From Candidatus Woesearchaeota archaeon (GTDB taxonomy: Archaea; Nanobdellota; Nanobdellia; Pacearchaeales; GW2011-AR1), in assembly GCA_964559675.1 (NCBI GenBank), contig CAZLHJ010000001.1, positions 1 to 54,284 on the forward strand: 54,284 nucleotides of DNA. The letters are read 5' to 3'. Shown here piece by piece: positions 8,279 to 17,168 of this stretch. The position numbers were made by a program, and so were the translations under genes. Every line of letters begins with the position of its first letter. The stretch's first letter is position 1. Under the pieces are notes generated by a model. It ran no database searches. It saw only the letters and a program-made list of their open reading frames with translations, and was not told where the DNA came from.

Positions 8279-9010
8279 TTATTTAAAGCAAGTTTCCTTA
8301 ATACCAAGAACCTCTGCTAGAACCTCTGGATTAAGGACATAATCCATGCCTTGTTCAACTGAAAGAGAAGTCAAGCCATGATAAATCCTAATAAATCTTG
8401 CAGAATCTATCGCATCACCCAGGGGCACAACATTACCGATGTTTGTTCTAGTTTGGCTAATAGAATCTCCAAACCAGTAGGCAAATGCCTCATCATTTTC
8501 TCTTCCTTTAGAAAAGGAAGTTAAGAGTCTAAGATTTCTAAGTGGGTTATAGATTTGCCGGCTAGAATAACTAGCAGGGTTCATTTTTGGATAAAGAAAT
8601 TCATCCAATGCAATATGGCCATATTCATGGGCAATAACATTTGCTAAGAGGTCTTCTGGGGTCACACTTAATCCTTCTTGAATATTATGTGTTCGAAAAT
8701 AATCAAATTGAGGACTTCTTAATAATCTTGCAACCATTCGGTTGATAAGCGGATGATGCACTCCCTTTGCATCTTTCAAAAGACAACCTAATCCTCCTAT
8801 TTTCTTTTTTTCAAAACATTGTCTTTTTAATTTAGGAAAATAATCTTGAATTTTTGCCAAAACTACTTGATGAATTTCTTCTGCTTTTCCTTCTAAGGGA
8901 TTTGCTCCATTCATTCTCTTTTGCATAGGATCTTCTCTTTCTAAATCTAAAATGATTTTAGTCAGAGGGTCTTCCCCATAATCATATGGGATATAATTCA
9001 TCTTTGCCAT
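8279..9010 (-). CDS. hypothetical protein with HExxH zincin-like motif
   Basis: IAHEYGH followed by a downstream DEAFA glutamate helix. Confidence 0.55.
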   Translation of the reverse strand: MAKMNYIPYDYGEDPLTKIILDLEREDPMQKRMNGANPLEGKAEEIHQVVLAKIQDYFPKLKRQCFEKKKIGGLGCLLKDAKGVHHPLINRMVARLLRSPQFDYFRTHNIQEGLSVTPEDLLANVIAHEYGHIALDEFLYPKMNPASYSSRQIYNPLRNLRLLTSFSKGRENDEAFAYWFGDSISQTRTNIGNVVPLGDAIDSARFIRIYHGLTSLSVEQGMDYVLNPEVLAEVLGIKETCFK

Positions 9011-9117
9011 AAACTCAGAAGAATTTGGCCATTTATAAAACCTTCTATATTGACTACTGCATAGTTACAATTAACCATAAGTATTCTTCCATCTAAAAAA
9101 TAATGTTTATTATTTTA

Positions 9118-9354
9118 TTATCTGTGTGGGCAACCTGCCCAACAACACGGCCTTCGTTTTCCATTAATTAATTCATTTATTAATCTTTCAATATGGTCTT
9201 CTCTAGTCTCTTGTTTCTTAACAGATATAACCCAGCAAATCCACTCATTTCTTGCAAGCGGAGTAAGGTCATTCCACGCTTCTAAAGCTCTCGATGATGA
9301 ATTCAGAGCTTCTTTTAAATCATCAGGCATCTTATGTAATTTTTCTTTTACCAT
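9118..9354 (-). CDS. YdeI/OmpD-associated (OmdA) family protein
   Basis: MPDDLKEAL...AWNDLTPLARNEWICWVISVKKQETR...GKRRPCCWAGC. Confidence 0.9.
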   Translation of the reverse strand: MVKEKLHKMPDDLKEALNSSSRALEAWNDLTPLARNEWICWVISVKKQETREDHIERLINELINGKRRPCCWAGCPHR

Positions 9355-9356
9355 AA

Positions 9357-9731
9357 TTAGTGTTTGTATCCAAAAACATTATCATAGTCTTTGTGATTGA
9401 AAATATCCATTACGAAATTTATGACTTCTAATTTATTACCTGTAATTGTGTAGATTAATCTCCAGCGATTAGCTAATTCAATTCTCCAAACATTTTCTGC
9501 ATCATATTTTTTAGCATACTTATCAGGTAATTGTCTTCTTGGGACTTGATCGCCCGCAAAGGGATTTTTCTTAAGCAAGTCAATTACTCTTTCAATCGAT
9601 CTTAATAGAGTTTGATGAAAAGAACCCTCAACACCCCTCATCTTTTCTTCACCAACAATTTTATTCAACTCTTTAAAAACTTCATCAGCTTCTTCGGAGA
9701 AAACAACTTTTATCTCCTTGTTTTCAAACAT
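9357..9731 (-). CDS. RelE/ParE-superfamily putative toxin
   Basis: N-terminal 'VVFSEEADEVFKEL', L.KNPFAG, and C-terminal WRIELANRWRLIYTI...HKDY, typical of the RelE fold. Confidence 0.7.
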   Translation of the reverse strand: MFENKEIKVVFSEEADEVFKELNKIVGEEKMRGVEGSFHQTLLRSIERVIDLLKKNPFAGDQVPRRQLPDKYAKKYDAENVWRIELANRWRLIYTITGNKLEVINFVMDIFNHKDYDNVFGYKH

Positions 9732-9988
9732 TATACTTCTCTCCCTTTCTCAATTGCTTTTCTTAGTTTTGAACTAGGATTGTAAATCCAGAGTATTCCT
9801 TTATGGCTATCGATTATTAATCCCCTATTCTCCATGTAATTAAGAATTAGATTAAGTGTTTGGTGCATTATTTTATTCGGCAATCTTCTTTTTAATTCTT
9901 CGCGGGTTAGCATAGTGTCGGCATCCTTTAGAGCTTTCTCTACCATTAACATTGTCTTCAAACTTGGATAGTGTATTATTTGTTCCAT
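9731..9988 (-). CDS. small winged-helix protein, putative antitoxin/regulator
   Basis: LTREELKRRL...QTLNLILNYMENRGLI wHTH pattern; its stop overlaps the RelE-like start by 1 nt. Confidence 0.65.
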   Translation of the reverse strand: MEQIIHYPSLKTMLMVEKALKDADTMLTREELKRRLPNKIMHQTLNLILNYMENRGLIIDSHKGILWIYNPSSKLRKAIEKGREV

Positions 9989-10278
9989 TTTATATATTTT
10001 TATACTATATTTTATATAAACTTATATATAAATCTTTCGAAATATAAGAAAAAATCAAAATATCACAAAAATCTATACGCTCATAGGAAAAGATTTTAAC
10101 TCTTCGAAAAGTCAATTTTTCTTTTACCATAATTAGAATTAGGCAGTTTTATTTATATTTTTTTTCTTCATATCAATGTACTTAAACTCAAAAACTAAAG
10201 ATTAACAAAAACTAAAAAGTAGTTTACATATCCTTTATGGATTGGATGTTCAGAGGTATAAAAAATCTATTTTTGTCA

Positions 10279-10824
10279 TTAAGCACTAATGCCTCTTTCT
10301 CTCAAAACATCTTCTCTCTTTTGAGGCGGAGCATCCCAATCCATTGCATTATATGCTTGCCATTTATCTAAATATTCATTCGCTAATCCTAGATAAGCTT
10401 CAGGATATCTCGAAACACAATAATTATCTCTACTTACTTCTACTTCTCCTAATTTACCTCTTACACTTTCAGTTAATTTCCTTAATAGGCCTACATTTTC
10501 CTCAAATAATATGCCCTTTGCTATTGAAAATGCCGCCAATCCTGTTTGTATTTTATCGTAAACCTTATTAATCTGCCCTTCAAATAATTCAGTAAGGGCG
10601 TAATAAGAAATAAATTCTAATTCTCTAATTAAATAAGTTGGAATATTGTCCTCATTATTAGAATCGCCAAACATACGAAGTTCAATTCTCCCTTTTTTTA
10701 AATCTGGCCCTATATAAACTCCAAAATTTTGGTAAGCCCTATTAAAAAATCCCATTAAACTATCTAAGTGCTCTTCCACTATTTCAAAAGGAGTTTTTTC
10801 TTGTGAATGTTTCATTTTCTTCAT
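10279..10824 (-). CDS. hypothetical protein
   Basis: 181-aa ORF; no family recognised. Confidence 0.7.
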   Translation of the reverse strand: MKKMKHSQEKTPFEIVEEHLDSLMGFFNRAYQNFGVYIGPDLKKGRIELRMFGDSNNEDNIPTYLIRELEFISYYALTELFEGQINKVYDKIQTGLAAFSIAKGILFEENVGLLRKLTESVRGKLGEVEVSRDNYCVSRYPEAYLGLANEYLDKWQAYNAMDWDAPPQKREDVLRERGISA

Positions 10825-10883
10825 ATATTATTAAATAAAAAGAGGAAGCTACAAAAGGAAAAAATAAAAAATTAAAAGTCTAT

Positions 10884-12113
10884 TTAGTAGTAGCTTTCCC
10901 CGAATTCTTCGGATTTCTCAGGTTTTCTTGTTAGCAATACTATTAGAACAACTAATAGCACAACGAAGATTATTGCAAGAACAACTGTCAAAAGAACAGT
11001 CGCATTTCCTGCTAAACCTACGCCATTACCTTCTGCATTTAGAGAGAACATTTCTTCTCTAACTACATCAGCACCAGAGTGAACCGCGACAGTAAAGTCA
11101 TACTTACCTTCGTCTTGAGCCATTGCTGTTACTTTAACAGTTCTGCTTGTTCCAGCAGGTACAGCAACAACAGGTTCAGAAACATCTACAGTTAATCCTG
11201 AAGATGATCCAACAACAAGGTTGTAAACTTTTACATTGTTTCCAGCGTTTACTAGAGTTAAGCTGTATTCAGCTGTTTCTCCAGTTCCTACACTTCTTGA
11301 GTGTACCGGTGCGACAACAGTTGTGTCAGCTCCAGCACCTTGTATTACAACCTTCTTTACGACTGTTGTAACACTATCATCAGTGAAGGCTTCTACTTCA
11401 ACAGTATATAGACCAGGAGCTGCGTTTGATGGAATTCTCAAAAAGAGTCTTCTCTCAACAGCGTCTTCCTTGTCTGGGTTGTCTTGGTCAACAGAACTTA
11501 AATCTCCGAAATAAGCTCTATCTGCAATACCCAAAGCTGGAATTCTAGCTTGAACGAAGGAATCTTCAGCGAAGTGACTTCCTCTGTTCTTTAGAACAAC
11601 GTCTAAAGCTACAATTTCCCCAGCTCTAACTTCACTGTCAACTTCAACATCCAAAATTTGAATTTGGTATGCTTCTCTTTGTACAGTTAAGTCTACTGTG
11701 ACATCGTCTGCTGTTCCTAAGTTTCTGTTCTCAACCAAAACTCTTAAGTCAAGGTCTTCAAACAAATTCTCATCAAGATCAAATGGAACTTGCACATTGA
11801 ACACTTTTGTATATGTTCTACCTGCAATTACATCGAATCTTTCTGAAGAAACAGCTACGTCTTTATCGCCAGAAAGCCAAAGTTTCACTCTGACATCTTC
11901 CGCATCAGATGTTGCCTCAAATTGTACTCTTACTGGAATTGTATTTCCAGCAGATATAGCTACAGGTGTGTTGCTTCCTGAAAGGACGTCAACGCCTGAA
12001 ACTTCAAGGTCTGAAATCTGTGCAAAAGCACTCGCATTAACAGCAAAAACTGCCACTAATGCAAATATTGCAACAAGCAAACTGAATTGCTTTTTGTATG
12101 TCATGTGTTTCAT
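10884..12113 (-). CDS. putative cell-surface / S-layer-like protein with tandem Ig-like domains
   Basis: N-terminal signal peptide, Val/Thr/Asp-rich beta-sandwich repeats (CARDB/NPCBM-assoc-like), C-terminal TM helix and short charged tail. Confidence 0.75.
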   Translation of the reverse strand: MKHMTYKKQFSLLVAIFALVAVFAVNASAFAQISDLEVSGVDVLSGSNTPVAISAGNTIPVRVQFEATSDAEDVRVKLWLSGDKDVAVSSERFDVIAGRTYTKVFNVQVPFDLDENLFEDLDLRVLVENRNLGTADDVTVDLTVQREAYQIQILDVEVDSEVRAGEIVALDVVLKNRGSHFAEDSFVQARIPALGIADRAYFGDLSSVDQDNPDKEDAVERRLFLRIPSNAAPGLYTVEVEAFTDDSVTTVVKKVVIQGAGADTTVVAPVHSRSVGTGETAEYSLTLVNAGNNVKVYNLVVGSSSGLTVDVSEPVVAVPAGTSRTVKVTAMAQDEGKYDFTVAVHSGADVVREEMFSLNAEGNGVGLAGNATVLLTVVLAIIFVVLLVVLIVLLTRKPEKSEEFGESYY

Positions 12114-12203
12114 TTTAAAATTTAGTTAATATTTCATCACTTTAGGCATATATAAACTTTATGGTAACAACAAAAAAGACTAATTCTTCAGTGACAACCG
12201 AAA

Positions 12204-12217
12204 TATACTTAAGTATA
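12204..12217. promoter_or_regulatory. perfect 14-bp palindrome overlapping the TATA region of the RHH gene
   Basis: TATACTTAAGTATA is self-complementary and is followed by TATACCA direct repeats before the ATG at 12235. Confidence 0.55.
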
Positions 12218-12234
12218 CCAGTATATACCAAACT

Positions 12235-12477
12235 ATGCCAAAAACTCCCTCGATAAAGAACAATAAAAGCAGTAAAAAAATTACAACAATAAAGCTCTCT
12301 GAATCCACAAAACTAAGATTAGAGAAGCTTAGAGTTTATGAAAGGGAGACATATGATGAAATTCTTAGAAGAATGTTAGATCTTTTAACTCTAACAAGAA
12401 TAGATCCTGATAAAGCAGAATCAACTTTAATTTCAATAGAAAGAAAAAGAAAACAAAATCTAAGAAAAAAGGATTAA
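12235..12477 (+). CDS. ribbon-helix-helix (CopG/VapB-like) DNA-binding protein
   Basis: TTIKLSESTKLRLEKLR...ETYDEILRRML strand-helix-helix pattern. Confidence 0.8.
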   Translation: MPKTPSIKNNKSSKKITTIKLSESTKLRLEKLRVYERETYDEILRRMLDLLTLTRIDPDKAESTLISIERKRKQNLRKKD

Positions 12478-12737
12478 TCCTCCAAGCCAATAACCTGAAA
12501 ACCAAATTTCTCAATATCTTCCTGCTTCCAATATTTCATCTCTTTTGTTTTAGCAACAAGCTTAACTTTTTTTCTGAGCTCTCTTCCAGTATAATCTTTC
12601 TTCTCTGGATCCCACTCTCTTAATAATAACTCATCTCCCTCTCGAACTTCAAAATCATCCAGTCGAACTTCGAAGTCTTTCTTCCCTTCCAATATTTTAT
12701 CAAAAGAATCTTTCCAAGTTTTCTTCTCAATTATCAT
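12474..12737 (-). CDS. ASCH/PUA-like (DUF3850-type) protein
   Basis: KTW..SFDKILEGKKDFEVRLDD..VREGDELLLREWD...YTGRE. Confidence 0.85.
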   Translation of the reverse strand: MIIEKKTWKDSFDKILEGKKDFEVRLDDFEVREGDELLLREWDPEKKDYTGRELRKKVKLVAKTKEMKYWKQEDIEKFGFQVIGLED

Positions 12738-13519
12738 TTTAATTTTTTATAAATCTCTAGTCCTTCAACACAATCTTCGACCATTGTAGGAGCCTCATTT
12801 ACAATTCTTATTTTCTTATCTTTAGGCAAATTCTTTAATAGCTCTTTCCATGCCCCAGTCGGAGTTTTAATATGATGTTTCTCTCCTTTATCTCCATATA
12901 CAATTCCAGAGAAATGGCAATGCCATTCTTTCTGAGGGAATGCTTTCTTTATTCTCTCATAATCGACCTCTTTATCTCTAGCAAGTATATGTGCAAAATC
13001 TATACAAAATGAACATCCTGTATCTTTTACTAAATTAGAAATATCTTCAACTGAACCAAAAACATTTACTTTTCCCATCGTCTCAGGAGCAATTTTAATC
13101 TTCCACTTATTTTTTTCAATAACTTTCATTATATCAAGAATATTATTCTTAATTGTCTCATAAGCCGTATCTTTAGTCTTACCATAAAATCCAGGATGAA
13201 ATACAACAACTTTAGCTCCAAGCCACTCTCCAACTTGGCAACATTCAAGAATTCTCTTTTTAGACGCCTCTTGTTTTTCTTTCTCACTAGAATTTAAATT
13301 AATCCAATATTGTCCATGTATACTTAATTCAATTCCGAGTTCTTTAGCTTTCTCTCCAATTCTCCTCGCATCCTCTTCCCTTTTTATATATGCGGAATAA
13401 GTGAACGCTAATTCGCACGCCTTTAAACCCGCTTTAGCTAATCCTTCAAGAACATCTTCAGCAGTTTTCACAGGTCCAAGTCCCGCAGGTCCAAACCTTA
13501 CTTCTCCTTTCTCTGTCAT
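12734..13519 (-). CDS. nfo: endonuclease IV (AP endonuclease family 2, TIM barrel)
   Basis: SIHGQYWINLNS, VVFHPGFY, APETMGK..FGS, CIDFAH, HCHFSG, KHH Zn-ligand motifs. Confidence 0.9.
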   Translation of the reverse strand: MTEKGEVRFGPAGLGPVKTAEDVLEGLAKAGLKACELAFTYSAYIKREEDARRIGEKAKELGIELSIHGQYWINLNSSEKEKQEASKKRILECCQVGEWLGAKVVVFHPGFYGKTKDTAYETIKNNILDIMKVIEKNKWKIKIAPETMGKVNVFGSVEDISNLVKDTGCSFCIDFAHILARDKEVDYERIKKAFPQKEWHCHFSGIVYGDKGEKHHIKTPTGAWKELLKNLPKDKKIRIVNEAPTMVEDCVEGLEIYKKLK

Positions 13520-13563
13520 ATTGATAAGAAGTTCTTAGCGTTAATAAAACTTTAGAATTAATT

Positions 13564-13923
13564 CTATTTTCTCTGTTCTTGCACAGTATTGTAAAAATCT
13601 AATGTTAAGTCTAATACTCTTTTCTCGCTATAATGCTCTTCACCTTTTCTAGGCATATCAATTCCTAATTCTTCTTCTGCTCTCATTACAATATCAAGAT
13701 AATCTATGGATTGTGCTCCTAAATCTTTTTCTAAAGTAGCATAAGGTTTAATTTCATCAAATCTTACACCAAGAGATTGTTCTAAAATTCCAACAGTTGC
13801 ACGAGAAACTCTTCTTACTAACTCCCCATTAATTCCTCTTCCTGCTGAGGAAAGGTTCTTTCTAACTTCTTCTTCTAATTTATCTGCTTCAACACAATCC
13901 ATTTGATAACTTCCATTACTCAT
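13564..13923 (-). CDS. acyl carrier protein-like protein (paralog 1) with N-terminal extension
   Basis: L.KDLGAQSIDYLDIVMRAEEELGIDMP matches the ACP DLGxDSLD motif (Ser retained, D->Q). Confidence 0.75.
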   Translation of the reverse strand: MSNGSYQMDCVEADKLEEEVRKNLSSAGRGINGELVRRVSRATVGILEQSLGVRFDEIKPYATLEKDLGAQSIDYLDIVMRAEEELGIDMPRKGEEHYSEKRVLDLTLDFYNTVQEQRK

Positions 13924-13947
13924 TTAACCCTCAAAAATAAAGAGTAT

Positions 13948-14307
13948 TTAAGAATTTCTATTTCTTCCTTGCTCTTGAACTAAATTATAAACTTTCAATG
14001 CAACTCCAAAAACATCAGTCTTATCATCATAAAGAGATTTTCTCTCAATTTTAATTCCAAGGCTTTGCTCTAAACGGAATTCAAGATCTAGTCTGTCTAA
14101 TGAATCTCCCCCCAAGTCCCCTACAATTTTCTTATTATGAATTATCTTTGCACGATCTATTTTAAGAACGTCTTCTAATGCAGATATTGTCTCACTTGAT
14201 ACTCTTCCTATTAAATCGAAATTAGGATTCTTTCCCCTAAGGTGATATTCAAGATGATCTGCTAATTCTTGAGTGATTTCTTGATAAGTTTCCACAGTAC
14301 TCATCAA
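13948..14307 (-). CDS. acyl carrier protein-like protein (paralog 2) with N-terminal extension
   Basis: IVGDLGGDSLDRLDLEFRLEQSLGIKI is a canonical phosphopantetheine attachment motif. Confidence 0.8.
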   Translation of the reverse strand: MMSTVETYQEITQELADHLEYHLRGKNPNFDLIGRVSSETISALEDVLKIDRAKIIHNKKIVGDLGGDSLDRLDLEFRLEQSLGIKIERKSLYDDKTDVFGVALKVYNLVQEQGRNRNS

Positions 14308-14335
14308 TCCTTTTAAAAAATAGTATATTTAATTC

Positions 14336-14815
14336 CTATAAAGCTTCCTTTAGCTTCTCATCAACTTTTCCAAGGTTTTGTAAGATATGGGTATGTAATC
14401 TCTCGATGATAATTCCTTGAAATTCTTCTTTTAATCTTCCATGACACTTAGATAAGTCTGATTCAGGATAAGTCGCAAATCCGTCAGGGTAAGTACAAGC
14501 CATACCATATCCTTCTAATTGATTAAGTTTTAATTCTCCTTCTTTAGCTTGGATTAATTTAGCTTCGACTTCACACCCTTCTGAATTCTTTCCTAAGATT
14601 TCATATCTCCAGATTGCTTGTTCTCCAGAATTAACATAGGTCGCTTTAGAACATGATCTCATATTCTCAGTAAAACACGTATAATTTTCACATTTTACTT
14701 TTTGATTAAAATAGAGATATCCTCCCACCGCAAGAATTATGACAAGTAAAACGATTAATAATTGAATCTTCCTATCCCCAAAGAATCTTCTCAGTTTACT
14801 CTCGCCTCTTTTCAT
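14336..14815 (-). CDS. membrane-anchored, Cys-rich hypothetical protein
   Basis: Single N-terminal TM helix followed by a domain with 6 Cys. Confidence 0.7.
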   Translation of the reverse strand: MKRGESKLRRFFGDRKIQLLIVLLVIILAVGGYLYFNQKVKCENYTCFTENMRSCSKATYVNSGEQAIWRYEILGKNSEGCEVEAKLIQAKEGELKLNQLEGYGMACTYPDGFATYPESDLSKCHGRLKEEFQGIIIERLHTHILQNLGKVDEKLKEAL

Positions 14816-14894
14816 GATTTTAATTACAAAAAAGAATATTTAAATCTTGGGAAGGAGTACAAATCTTTTTATAACTCTTAAATTTCAAAGGCAC

Positions 14895-16016
14895 ATGATA
14901 GAAAGAATGCCTTTATTAGATGTTACATCCGAAATATTCAAAGATGTTCAACTTAATAATGTGCTTTTAATTGCCTCCCAACATATCTTAGAAACTATCA
15001 GAGTCATGTTTGGGTCATTTATTTCTAAAGGATTGAAACCAGAGAATATCTTTCTAATTGGAAAATGTTACTCAACTAATGATGAAGTAATGAAAAGATT
15101 TCAAAATATGGGGATTAATGTTTCTCCAAAAAGCGACTCCTTTGACAGCTATACTTCGTTTGATGAACAATTCGAGGTTTATACAACAGAATTTCTAGAG
15201 GAAATAAAAAATAAAGTCAATACTAAAAAATTTGATAAAGTAATTATTTTAGAAGATGGGGGAAATTTATTACCTAAGGCAGAACTTATTTTTGAAGATA
15301 GGAGTAATTTTATCGGAATAGAGCAGACATCTGCAGGATACGAGAGATTAAAAAATATCAAATTGGATTTTCCAGTTATTAATGTCGCTCGTTCGTATAC
15401 GAAACTAGAAATAGAATCCCCAATAATTGCAGAGAGTGTTCTTCAAAGAATAGAATTATTTCTAAAGAATAAAAAGAACAAACCAAAAAAAGTTTTAATT
15501 ATTGGTGGAGGGGCAATCGGAAGATCCCTTCAAGAGAGGATAAAAGATATCTTTGAGGTTAAGGTCTTTGACACAATTAGAGAATTATCTGATTTTAATG
15601 GAGAAGTTAATTCAATTTTGAAAGACTTCGATATGATTATAGGATGTACTGGGAAAAACATATTAGACATAGATACGTATTCTTACTTAAAGAAAGATTG
15701 CATTTTAATAAGCGCTTCTTCTTCAGATAGGGAATTTTCAGCAGTAACTCTTAGGAAGATGTGTAAAAAGATAGCTCATTGTCATGAAGATTTAGAGATT
15801 AACGGATTAACTCTGACTAATTGCGGTTTCCCCATAAATTTTGATGGCGGAGAGATAAGCGCAGGGCCTCAAGATATTCAGATTACATTAGCTCTTTTAT
15901 TTTCCTCTATTTGTCTAGCTGTTTCTAAGAAATATGAAAACGGCCTAGTGGAGTTAGATAAGAGCACCCAAGAAAGATTAATTAAGGAATTTGAGAGTTT
16001 AAGAAGCAAAGTTTAA
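14895..16016 (+). CDS. divergent S-adenosylhomocysteine hydrolase-like NAD-dependent protein
   Basis: QH, EDGG, EQTSAG, FPVINVARSYTK, GGGAIG Rossmann motif, GCTG and GFPINF occur in AdoHcyase order. ATG at 14895 preferred over the TTG at 14847. Confidence 0.65.
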   Translation: MIERMPLLDVTSEIFKDVQLNNVLLIASQHILETIRVMFGSFISKGLKPENIFLIGKCYSTNDEVMKRFQNMGINVSPKSDSFDSYTSFDEQFEVYTTEFLEEIKNKVNTKKFDKVIILEDGGNLLPKAELIFEDRSNFIGIEQTSAGYERLKNIKLDFPVINVARSYTKLEIESPIIAESVLQRIELFLKNKKNKPKKVLIIGGGAIGRSLQERIKDIFEVKVFDTIRELSDFNGEVNSILKDFDMIIGCTGKNILDIDTYSYLKKDCILISASSSDREFSAVTLRKMCKKIAHCHEDLEINGLTLTNCGFPINFDGGEISAGPQDIQITLALLFSSICLAVSKKYENGLVELDKSTQERLIKEFESLRSKV

Positions 16017-17168
16017 TTACAAACTAACTAATTTAATATTAGTGTCAGCACCGCTTCCGAAGTTAGTTGCTGCTAAATATTTAACATCTTTTTCTTCACA
16101 AGATCTAATTAATGTTCCCGTAACTGCCCCTTCAACGATTACAGCAAAGATATTCTTTCTCGACATTCCGATAGCTTTAGCAACTTCTCTAGAGCTAACT
16201 TTTCTCATCACATCTAAACTAGAATCTAATAATAAAGCAGATTTACTTCCTTGAACTCCTGCATAAATACTTCTTAATTTTTGTTTGATTTCATCATCGC
16301 TTAAATCGCTTTCATTACTCTCAGAACCTTGAGATTCAACGTCATCACTTCCAGATCTTCTTAAATATTCAGACACCGGAACTTTCTTTCTCAATGCTAT
16401 CAAGATTTCTTTTCCTTGTAATTCTTCTACTTCTTTTCCATCAGGAGCAACAGCAACGAATGCAATTCTTGCGTTATTGATAACATTTCTAGCAATTAAT
16501 TTTCCACCTCTATCTCCGTCAACAAATAAGGTTATTTCTTTACTCTCTCCAAGTCTTGCAATTTCTCTTGGAAGTTTTGTTCCATTCATTCCAATTACAT
16601 TATTCACTCTATTCTTCAACAAGTTAACAACATCTGCTCTTCCTTCAACTACAATTAATTCACTACTTAATTCAATATCTCCAGCAGGTAATTTCTCTTC
16701 ACCATATTCTTGAATTCTGGCTACTCTTGTTTCTTCTTTAACTGCTTTAGACATATCATCAAATCCTCCAGTCTCTAATCCTTCCATAAGCTTCTTAGCT
16801 CTTCCAATTATGAAATCTCTCTTACTTCCTCTTACGTCTTCAATTTTGTTAATTGTTATTTGAGATTCAGTTGGACCGATTCTATCAATAGTTTCAAGAG
16901 CTGCAGCAATTAAGGTAGTTTCAGATTTATCTAGAGCACTAGGTACTTTTATTTCACCAATAGTTTTTCCGTCAACAATTTCAAGATCAACTTCAATTCT
17001 TCCAATTTTACCTTCTTTTTGAAGTTCTCTCATTTCAAGATCATCACCAAGTAAACCTTCAGTCTGACCGAATATAGCTCCGATTACATCTGGTTTTTCA
17101 AGTGGACCTGCTGCTCTAAATGCAGCGTAAATCATATATTTTATTGATACTGGACTAACTTTTGCCAT
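16017..17168 (-). CDS. dnaG: archaeal DnaG-type primase (exosome-associated)
   Basis: EKPDVIGAIFGQTEGLLG, GKIGRIEV, TOPRIM VVEGRADV and DGDRGG. Confidence 0.97.
   Translation of the reverse strand: MAKVSPVSIKYMIYAAFRAAGPLEKPDVIGAIFGQTEGLLGDDLEMRELQKEGKIGRIEVDLEIVDGKTIGEIKVPSALDKSETTLIAAALETIDRIGPTESQITINKIEDVRGSKRDFIIGRAKKLMEGLETGGFDDMSKAVKEETRVARIQEYGEEKLPAGDIELSSELIVVEGRADVVNLLKNRVNNVIGMNGTKLPREIARLGESKEITLFVDGDRGGKLIARNVINNARIAFVAVAPDGKEVEELQGKEILIALRKKVPVSEYLRRSGSDDVESQGSESNESDLSDDEIKQKLRSIYAGVQGSKSALLLDSSLDVMRKVSSREVAKAIGMSRKNIFAVIVEGAVTGTLIRSCEEKDVKYLAATNFGSGADTNIKLVSL

Noticed and set aside
10344-11698. Plus-strand ORFs starting at 10344, 11147, 11236 and 11698, including a Gln-rich one
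   Set aside because: Antisense shadows of real minus-strand genes; the Gln/Leu richness is the reverse complement of Val/Ala codons.
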